A stretch of 13,723 nucleotides of DNA, taken from NCBI GenBank assembly GCA_040289575.1, contig PSLL01000027.1, positions 12,944-26,666 on the forward strand. Reading direction: 5' to 3'. Below are positions 7,635-13,723 of this stretch, one piece after another. The translations under genes and the position numbers were made by a program. This DNA is from Candidatus Dadabacteria bacterium. Lineage in GTDB: Bacteria; Desulfobacterota_D; UBA1144; Nemesobacterales; CSP1-2. The notes under the pieces were generated by a model. That model made no database searches, was not told the DNA's origin, and was given only the letters and a program-made list of their open reading frames with translations. Every line of letters begins with the position of its first letter. The stretch's first letter is position 1.

Positions 7635-7662
7635 AGTTTATATCCTATTTATTTTTTGTCAA
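7635..7662 (-). promoter_or_regulatory. Sigma70-type promoter for the riboswitch leader
   Basis: Minus strand TTGACA (7662-7657), 16-nt spacer, TAAACT (7640-7635). Transcription would start near 7628, just 5' of the aptamer. Confidence 0.72.
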
Positions 7663-7675
7663 AAGGGTCAATCTT

Positions 7676-8569
7676 CTATAGGTAGGGGACTAAGAAAATT
7701 AAAGCTGTTACAACAAAACCTATAAAAATCAGTTTAAATAATAAAAAAGCTAACCTTTCTGAAGGGAAAATTGATGCTATTAAAAACAGCAGGGTGCAAA
7801 AGGCAACGTAATAATTAATAGATGCCCTTCCAATCTTAGAGAACATTAAAGTCAAAATGAACGGAACCAGAGCAAAGACCGAAGCTGCTCTCTTTCCAAG
7901 TATAACTGCAAACGTTTTATCTCCGACTTCTTTATCTATTGTATAGTCCATAACGGTGCTAAATGAGTGAATTCCCATTACGCAGCCGGATACAAAATAT
8001 ATCTTTGCCGGTATGTCGAAGACGCTTCTGCCGAAACTCCATCCGATTGAAAATACAATAAAGAATAAAACTCCATTTGAAAATAAATCGAGTGGAGGTC
8101 TTTCTTTAAACCTTAGAGGAGGTGCGGAATAGTAGTATGAAAAGAACAGCAACGAAATCGTAGATAAAATATTTGATACATTCAAGGTTAGCAAAGAGCC
8201 TGTAATCAATAGTAATGCGACAATGGAGGAAACTCTTTTTACAATAAAATGGTATTTTGGATCCAACTTTATTGATTTTTTCCTCGGATTTAATGTATCT
8301 GATTTGTAATCGTAAATGTCATTGATGCCGTATAACAAAATGCAGTATGGGAATGAGAGAAGTAGAATCTGCAGTACCGATAAAGGAGATAATCTTGCGC
8401 CTGAATAAAATAGCCCTATTAAAAAAACCAATGGAGCCGCAATCCACCCCGGGGGTCTACTTATTTTTACTAAAAGCACGAAAATTTCATATAAATTATC
8501 CGATGTCTGAAGCGCCGGATTATGAGAATCTGTATTGTTATGATTTATATTGTATATCTTTGCTAACAT
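7676..8569 (-). CDS. UbiA-family prenyltransferase, LyeJ/CrtEb (lycopene elongase)-like
   Basis: SRP..W, LYGINDIYDYKSDTLNPRK (first Asp-rich motif), YSAPPLRFKERPPLD and DYTIDKEVGDKTFA (second motif), with multiple TM helices. Exact start uncertain. Confidence 0.85.
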   Translation of the reverse strand: MLAKIYNINHNNTDSHNPALQTSDNLYEIFVLLVKISRPPGWIAAPLVFLIGLFYSGARLSPLSVLQILLLSFPYCILLYGINDIYDYKSDTLNPRKKSIKLDPKYHFIVKRVSSIVALLLITGSLLTLNVSNILSTISLLFFSYYYSAPPLRFKERPPLDLFSNGVLFFIVFSIGWSFGRSVFDIPAKIYFVSGCVMGIHSFSTVMDYTIDKEVGDKTFAVILGKRAASVFALVPFILTLMFSKIGRASINYYVAFCTLLFLIASIFPSERLAFLLFKLIFIGFVVTALIFLVPYL

Positions 8570-8701
8570 GAAGAATTAGTCAATAGTCTGGCTCAATTTG
8601 TTGATATGCATATTTAGAGTGGATTTAAGATAAGAGGCCCAATAATATTAGAATCCCAACTAATATATAGGAAAAAACTCCTTTGCCCACCCAGAATAGA
8701 T

Positions 8702-9047
8702 TTAACCGTAATGCGCCATGACCTTTACAATCTCCCCCTTTGAATTCAGAACCATAACCTCTGCGGCGAGCATTCCTTTGACACTACAGTAATATATAGT
8801 CTCCTGTCAAAACTTGGATCAAATCGAATTTAAGGTCTGGATATGCAGTCAGCGCCTTCCCGAAATAGGATCTCAAGGCTTTCTTACCTTTGATTGTGCC
8901 TGATGGATTTCCCAGCAATTTCATGACAAACGGAGATGTAAATTCCACATTGTCAGCATAGTGAGAAATTATGGCGTCTAAGTCATGAAGGTTCCAAGCC
9001 TCAATTCACTCTCTTGCCATCTGCTCAGCTTTTTGTTCAGTAATCAT
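8702..9047 (-). pseudogene. SnoaL-like / NTF2-family protein pseudogene
   Basis: Manual translation gives MITEQKAEQMARE*IEAWNLHDLDAIISHYADNVEFTSPFVMKLLGNPSGTIKGKKALRSYFGKALTAYPDLKFDLIQVLTG, then a frameshift, then TIYYCSVKGMLAAEVMVLNSKGEIVKVMAHYG*. TGA at 9008-9006 sits where Trp is expected. The 346-nt length is not a multiple of 3. Confidence 0.85.
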
Positions 9048-9066
9048 GGCAGGCTCAACTCAGTCA

Positions 9067-9120
9067 CTATCCACTAACTCCTGCTCGGAGCTTTTCGATA
9101 AATCCTATAACCCGATTTAC
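9067..9120 (-). pseudogene. Possible 3' tail remnant of a HEPN-domain gene
   Basis: Directly after the MNT stop the minus strand reads VNRVIGFIEKLRAGVSG*, resembling the amphipathic last helix of HEPN proteins that normally follow MNT genes. It has no start codon. Confidence 0.4.
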
Positions 9121-9422
9121 TAGATTGCATAAAGTACTTTCCCCTTTCTTAAAATCTCATTAATGAAATGGTTGCCAACAGCCAGACGATTTTCAATTTC
9201 CTGAGGTGTCAAAACAAAAGTCTCTGCAGGATAAGAATGGTGAGTTCCCGTTAGAATACGTTGAACTGTTACCCAGCGGTCAATGAAACGCTCGGATGTT
9301 TCTTTAATAATGAGTAAATCAATATCGCTGTCTGGATTTGGCTCTCCATATGCATACGAGCCAAATAGGATCAGTTTTTGGGGTGCATACTCAGCAATGA
9401 GTTTTTCCAGATTTTTTATCAT
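9120..9422 (-). CDS. Minimal nucleotidyltransferase (MNT/MntA-like antitoxin)
   Basis: ILFGSYAYGEPNPDSDIDLLII matches the GSx10DxD motif. LTPQEI...EILRKGKVLY C-terminus. 100 aa. Confidence 0.88.
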   Translation of the reverse strand: MIKNLEKLIAEYAPQKLILFGSYAYGEPNPDSDIDLLIIKETSERFIDRWVTVQRILTGTHHSYPAETFVLTPQEIENRLAVGNHFINEILRKGKVLYAI

Positions 9423-9457
9423 CGCTTGTATGTTATTCTGATTTTTTTATATTACAT

Positions 9458-9606
9458 TGCTCTGTTGCAAAGATAATATATAACACGATAGAGGGGGTTT
9501 TCTAACCTCTTTAGATTCTATACCAAAATGTGGGGCTCTTTCACCGAACGATAAATAGGGCTTATGAGGGCATCAGCCCCTACAATGCGATGTTTGCAAC
9601 AAAGCA
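9458..9606. mobile_element. MITE copy 2 (149 bp)
   Basis: TGCTCTGTTGCAAA ... TTTGCAACAAAGCA (13/14 IR). Flanked by ATATTACAT (9449-9457) and ATATTATAT (9607-9615). Differs from copy 1 by 7 substitutions and 1 indel by manual alignment. Same orientation as copy 1. Confidence 0.85.
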
Positions 9607-9609
9607 ATA

Positions 9610-9730
9610 TTATATTACTCTCCTCTTCAAGGCAAAGCTTATCAAGGGTTTTAGCTTGAATGTAACAGTTCTTTAATGATGGGACTGTAGCTGCAAAGTA
9701 CCCATCTTCATCATCCTCTATGTTGGCGTT
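9610..9730 (-). pseudogene. HicB-family antitoxin remnant
   Basis: Minus strand reads NANIEDDEDGYFAATVPSLKNCYIQAKTLDKLCLEEESNI. This matches the HicB pattern IExDEDGyyvAxVPxLxGChtQaxTldEl...lcLE but lacks the central helix. An in-frame stop lies upstream (9733-9731) and there is no start codon. Confidence 0.7.
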
Positions 9731-9785
9731 TTATTTCAAGTAATCTCATAATATAACTTAAAAACTTTGGATTCTAAATTCCAAA

Positions 9786-10253
9786 ATGCGAATACTGGCA
9801 CTCGATGTTGGAACAAAAACAATTGGTGTTGCTGTAAGCGATGAGCTTGGGATTGCGGCTCATGGGGTTACGACTATAAAAAGGACTGAATTAAAGCGGG
9901 ACATTGAGGCTCTACGTAAGATTATAAATCAGTATAATCCTTCTGAGATATTGGTTGGAGTTCCATACAACATTGATGGCACGGTTGGCAAAAGAGGGCA
10001 GGATATATTAAAATTCGCTGAAAATATAAAGAAGGCATTTACTTTGCCTATTGAATTCTGTGACGAGAGCTTCTCTACGGTTGATGCGGAAAGGATACTC
10101 ATTGAAGCAGACGTTGGCAGAAGAAAGAGAAAGAGGGTTATTGATAAAATGGCTGCGGTTTTTATACTTGAAGGGTATTTGGAGAGAAAAAGAAGGGAGC
10201 TAGGAGCCAGAATTCAGAATCCCGGAGAGGAGAAGAAAACTTCTGACTCCTAA
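9786..10253 (+). CDS. ruvX: Holliday junction resolvase-like / pre-16S rRNA nuclease RuvX (YqgF)
   Basis: MRILALDVGTKTIGVAVSD, VGVP, DESFST and IDKMAAVFILEGYL motifs. Confidence 0.95.
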   Translation: MRILALDVGTKTIGVAVSDELGIAAHGVTTIKRTELKRDIEALRKIINQYNPSEILVGVPYNIDGTVGKRGQDILKFAENIKKAFTLPIEFCDESFSTVDAERILIEADVGRRKRKRVIDKMAAVFILEGYLERKRRELGARIQNPGEEKKTSDS

Positions 10254-10289
10254 ATTCCTATTCGCGCTTTATAGCATAAAGGGGAGACA

Positions 10290-11078
10290 ATGCCTTACGC
10301 TAAAGTAAACGGAATCAAAATCTATTATGAAACATACGGAGAGGGGTATCCGCTCCTTCTTATAGGAGGGCTTGGAAGCCAGATTCAAAGCTGGGCTGTG
10401 CAGATTCCCATTTATTCAAAACACCTTCATGTGATAGCCTTCGATAATCGTGGAGCGGGAAGATCGGATAAACCTGATATTCCATACACAACCGAGCTTA
10501 TGGCAGATGATGCGTCCATGCTCCTCGATACGCTCGGCATCGAATCCGCCCACATAGCCGGAAAATCAATGGGCGGGATGATAGGGCAGTGGCTAGCCAT
10601 AAAGTACCCGCAGAAGGTAAAAAAACTCGTCCTGGGCTGTACATCCGCATCGCGCGACGATGTGGGGAATGAAATCCTCAGAATGGGAAGGGAAATTGCG
10701 GTGAAGATCGGAATGAAGGCCATGTGGCTTGCAGCAATATTCTGGGGATACACAAGAGAATATATAGAAAAGAACCTAGATTCTATAAAACAGACTTTAG
10801 AGACAATTCCCGAAGACTCTGATGTGCTTATTGGATACATCAGACAGAGCTTTGCATGTCAGGGGCATAATACAAAGGACTTGATAGGACGGATTAAGGC
10901 TCCTACTCTTGTTATGTTAGGGGAGAATGACCTCACCACATCGCCCAAGCGTTCGCGCGAGCTTGCCGATCTGATTCCGGAGGCGGAGTTAAAGGTATTT
11001 CACGGGGTTGGACACGGATTTTGGAGAGAAAGACAAGAGGATGTGGATAGGGTGGTTCTGGATTTTCTGCTCAGTTAA
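10290..11078 (+). CDS. Alpha/beta-fold hydrolase (3-oxoadipate enol-lactonase-like)
   Basis: FDNRGAGRSDKP, nucleophile elbow GKSMGG, Asp in GENDL and His in GVGHG. GGGGAG SD. Confidence 0.92.
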   Translation: MPYAKVNGIKIYYETYGEGYPLLLIGGLGSQIQSWAVQIPIYSKHLHVIAFDNRGAGRSDKPDIPYTTELMADDASMLLDTLGIESAHIAGKSMGGMIGQWLAIKYPQKVKKLVLGCTSASRDDVGNEILRMGREIAVKIGMKAMWLAAIFWGYTREYIEKNLDSIKQTLETIPEDSDVLIGYIRQSFACQGHNTKDLIGRIKAPTLVMLGENDLTTSPKRSRELADLIPEAELKVFHGVGHGFWRERQEDVDRVVLDFLLS

Positions 11079-11772
11079 GGTTGCGCTTTTCTAAGATCTG
11101 ATTTCTTCTTTTGGCAACTGCGGATATAACCTGGAGCCTTATCTCCAGATGGGAGATGACCTTCTCGGCTCTTTTGGGAATGCTCACCTCTTCAAGAAGT
11201 TCCTGTTTTTCAAAGACATTAGATATGCTTAGAGAGGCAAAGGCATCTGTCAGGTTTTCAAGGGGAAGCCTTGTGTCAACATTAATCCTGTGAGATTCTT
11301 GCTCCTTTCCAAGCATCCCATTCCACTTTGAGATAAGCTCTACTATGCGCTCTCTATAAGCCTCTTCATTCATTCCATGGATGTCTTCTAGGATTTTGAC
11401 TTTGGCAAGCCTATATGGGTCATCTTTTAGAATCTCAAGGATTTTAACCCTTTTTAAGCCGTAGAGAACTAAGTTGAACCTCCCGTCTTCAAGTGTCTCT
11501 ACACTTACTATCCTTCCCATACACGCAACACCGTAGATTTCTGGATTCCCATGATAGTCTTTTTCCCATCCCGGCTTCAGTAATACCATTCCTATGATAC
11601 GCTCTGAGTTTATAATGTCACTTACCATCTGCCTGTATCTCGGTTCAAACACGTGCAGCGGAAGAAGGGTATTTGGAAAGAAGACAACCGTAGCCAGTGG
11701 GAAGAGCGGAATTACGCCGGAGAAGTTTTGAATATTGGTAACCTCTTTTAGGTCAAGGGTAAAACCTTTCAT
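11071..11772 (-). CDS. LON peptidase substrate-binding (N-terminal) domain protein, without protease or ATPase domains
   Basis: IPLFPL..VVFFP...LPLHVFEPRYRQMV, DGRFNLVLYG..R and EKQELLEE motifs. Converges on the hydrolase with an 8-nt overlap. Confidence 0.92.
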   Translation of the reverse strand: MKGFTLDLKEVTNIQNFSGVIPLFPLATVVFFPNTLLPLHVFEPRYRQMVSDIINSERIIGMVLLKPGWEKDYHGNPEIYGVACMGRIVSVETLEDGRFNLVLYGLKRVKILEILKDDPYRLAKVKILEDIHGMNEEAYRERIVELISKWNGMLGKEQESHRINVDTRLPLENLTDAFASLSISNVFEKQELLEEVSIPKRAEKVISHLEIRLQVISAVAKRRNQILEKRNLN

Positions 11773-11777
11773 CGGAA

Positions 11778-13140
11778 TTATATTACCTTATAAGGCCTTG
11801 AATTGATAGTGTTAATCTGTGGGTTGTTTTTCCCTTCTAAACCCTCTCTATTTATATCCATCCTTCCCGAAGAGGTATCATGGAGGAGAATTCCAAAAAT
11901 GGCAAAATTCGGATATAGTTTCGTAATTCTTCTGTGCCTTTCTCCAAGGGAGGGAGCAAGCGAGGCAAATAACATCGGATGGGCAAATCCGGGTATGATT
12001 AGATAGCCCTTAAGCCCCTCTTTATTTCCTTTAAGAATTCGTCCACTATAACGCTCTGAGGGATTCTCTTCCATCCTTTACATCTCTGCCATGCAATCTG
12101 CAAAGATCCTTGTTCCATTTTTATAAGCCAGAGGAATATAGGTTACAAGGGTGCCCTGCTTTTTGTTATAACTGCACCCGACTATACAGAATCCGCATCC
12201 GGGGCATTCTCCAATGCGGTTGTGATTGGGAAGAAGAGCACTCCAGCCGAGTCTCTTTGGGCCTTCTATGGCTTTGGCGTTATTCTGGTTTACCTCATCA
12301 ATCCTAATTGGGCGGACACGAGCGTGTTTTCCACCTCATTATAAAACGGTTCCAGTTCATTGTCAGTGAGTCCTTCGACCTTGTATTCTCTCTTCCAGAG
12401 TTCTAGCGCTCTGTAACAAAGCGCGGTATTATGAACCGTTGATCCACCGACCCCTTTCCCATGAATGATATTTATAGAAAAATCATCCGTTGTTCTGCTC
12501 CCCTGATCCTGAAAGAGAAGCAGATACATATCGTCCTCTCTCTGGTTGAAGTTCCCAATTGTGTTATACCTTCCCATCTCAATGAGTATTACTCTAAGCC
12601 CTCTTTGACTGAGTTCCTTTGCCACAACCGTCCCACCCGTGCCTGAGCCGATTACGCAGACATCTGCCTTTTCTCTAATGTCTGTAGAAACGCCTTCTGC
12701 GATTTTTAAATTTTCTCCCCTTTCTAATACGGAGTCTTCAGGTGGAGGAAATCTCTTGATCGTAGGACCATTGTAATCGATGTCTCTCCATGTCTGTTCA
12801 TTTCTGTAGTATCCCATGACAGATAGTGTTTTTATGGCTTTAAATATTAGCACCTTGGGGCGCAATACACTTTTCATAAAATCGCCGAATATTTTCCTCC
12901 TATCCTCTATAGGGAGAGACGGAAATGTCTTAAGCTTCATATACAGAATCGGCGAATATCTGAAAAGGGAAAATAGAATCCGCGCCTGTTTTTTATGTCA
13001 CCAGAGAGATACTGGTTTATAAATCCGGCAATATCAGCCTCTTTTACGGAAAATGCACCATATTCAATTCCGAGTATAACTTCTGATATTGATTCTATGG
13101 TCTTTATGATATGGTCGGATAGAGAACATTTATTTTGCAT
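11778..13140 (-). pseudogene. Fragmented GMC-family oxidoreductase (N-terminal gluconate-2-dehydrogenase subunit-3-like region plus FAD domain)
   Basis: Pieces lie in different frames. 13140-12937 is the N-terminus. 12940-12290 has MGYY...W..IDYNGP, ADVCVIGSGTGG and GKGVGGSTVHN. About 12299-12078 reads DEVNQNNAKAIEGPKRLGW...CPGCGFCIVGCSYNKKQGTLVTYIPLA...IFADCMAEM*. Then come KGWKRIPQSVIVDEFL and, in another frame, GYLIIPGFAHP...GILLHDTSSGR. There are several frameshifts, an apparent internal deletion, and no C-terminal catalytic His region. Confidence 0.85.
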
Positions 13141-13212
13141 ATATCTCCACTTCTGTTTTTATATTAATGACTGTACGGTCGAATTCAAATTGAGGTAAAC
13201 CTAGAAGAGGAA

Positions 13213-13572
13213 TCAGAAATTTACATCGAAGGCGTTCTTTAAAATCCTGGCTTTTTCACTTTTAAGGTTAACCGAGACCACATCAAACCGCATGTCCTGA
13301 GATTTAATCCTCCTCTTTTCCAGATAGACGACGGCTGCGGTCCAGAGCCTCTTCTGTTTCCACCCGGTCACGGCCTCTTCGGGAAGCCCGAAATTCTCTG
13401 AGAATCGAGACTTAACCTCAATGAAACAGATCACGCCCTTTTCCTCGGCAATTATGTCAATCTCGCCCTGTCTGCACCTGAAGTTTTTCTCAATAATCCT
13501 ATATCCCTCTTTTTCAAGAGCCTTACATGCAATCTCTTCGCCCCTTTGTCCGAGGAGCCTCTTGTTAATCAT
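13213..13572 (-). CDS. yraN: YraN family (UPF0102) putative endonuclease
   Basis: LGQRGEEIA..LEKEGYRIIEKNFR...GEIDIIA....ICFIEVKSR......PEEAV...KQ..RFDVV motifs. ATG at 13572 overlaps the mutS end. Confidence 0.93.
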   Translation of the reverse strand: MINKRLLGQRGEEIACKALEKEGYRIIEKNFRCRQGEIDIIAEEKGVICFIEVKSRFSENFGLPEEAVTGWKQKRLWTAAVVYLEKRRIKSQDMRFDVVSVNLKSEKARILKNAFDVNF

Positions 13573-13723
13573 TCTCCAATTTTTCCTTAATTTCTGTAAG
13601 CTTCGAGAGCGCCTCAATCGGCGTCATAGAAAGGGGATCGAGTTTTTTTATTTCCTCTAAGACCTCGTCCCCCTTTTTTTCTTTCTTCTTCTCAAAGAGA
13701 CCGATCTGTCCGCCACGGATTAA
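13565..13723 (-). CDS. mutS: C-terminal 52 aa of DNA mismatch repair protein MutS (partial, not in the ORF track)
   Basis: Minus strand from 13723 reads LIRGGQIGLFEKKKEKKGDEVLEEIKKLDPLSMTPIEALSKLTEIKEKLEND*. It has a QxxLF beta-clamp motif followed by the LDPxxxTPxEAL tetramerisation domain. Confidence 0.85.
   Translation of the reverse strand, partial: LIRGGQIGLFEKKKEKKGDEVLEEIKKLDPLSMTPIEALSKLTEIKEKLEND

Noticed and set aside
8625..8699. Hydrophobic start-less peptide LFWVGKGVFSYILVGILILLGLLS* on the minus strand, a possible membrane-gene remnant
   Set aside because: It is too short, and T-rich DNA yields such peptides by chance. No family can be assigned.
9006..9008. TGA readthrough, selenocysteine or alternative genetic code in the SnoaL-like gene
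   Set aside because: The position corresponds to Trp rather than Cys, the gene also has a frameshift, and TGA terminates several intact genes here.
2348..9606. Composite transposon bounded by the two MITE copies
   Set aside because: Each copy has its own distinct target duplication, the outer flanks do not match each other, and the enclosed genes are largely housekeeping.
1570..13660. Antisense or alternate-frame ORFs (1570-2067, 3092-3298, 3160-3354, 4221-4418, 4352-4630, 5552-5758, 6317-6580, 6701-6898, 7368-7631, 8347-8571, 10427-10840, 11111-11293, 11803-12006, 12110-12307, 12461-12646, 12816-13022, 12995-13198, 13421-13660)
   Set aside because: They overlap well-supported genes, pseudogenes or the riboswitch, or have no recognisable motifs or ribosome-binding sites.
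1..13723. CRISPR array, tRNA/rRNA, integrase or transposase genes
   Set aside because: I saw no regularly spaced repeats, cloverleaf or rRNA motifs, or recombinase/transposase ORFs.

Overview
Bacterial chromosomal window, not phage or plasmid. Housekeeping genes alternate with intergenic miniature mobile elements and decayed accessory genes. Left to right: the 3' part of a glucose/sorbosone (PQQ-type) dehydrogenase with a C-terminal beta-sandwich domain; moeA; two different adjacent MITE-like elements; a single-domain response regulator; glutaredoxin; a DUF47-PiT phosphate uptake pair; a REP-like hairpin and a degenerate inverted-repeat element; an unknown lipoprotein coupled to a lone mlaE; an unknown membrane-anchored protein under a sigma70 promoter and a c-di-GMP-I (GEMM) riboswitch; a UbiA-family (LyeJ/CrtEb-like) prenyltransferase; a decayed cluster (SnoaL-like pseudogene, HEPN tail remnant, orphan MNT nucleotidyltransferase, second MITE copy, HicB remnant); ruvX/yqgF; an alpha/beta hydrolase; a LON substrate-binding-domain protein; a fragmented GMC oxidoreductase pseudogene; yraN; and the 3' end of mutS. 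The strongest signals missed by the ORF track are (1) the c-di-GMP riboswitch with a candidate anti-Shine-Dalgarno platform in front of a gene of unknown function, (2) a two-copy ~148-bp MITE with IS6-like terminal repeats and near-perfect 9-bp target duplications, and (3) several pseudogene remnants. All protein family calls come from motif recognition by eye; no database searches were run.
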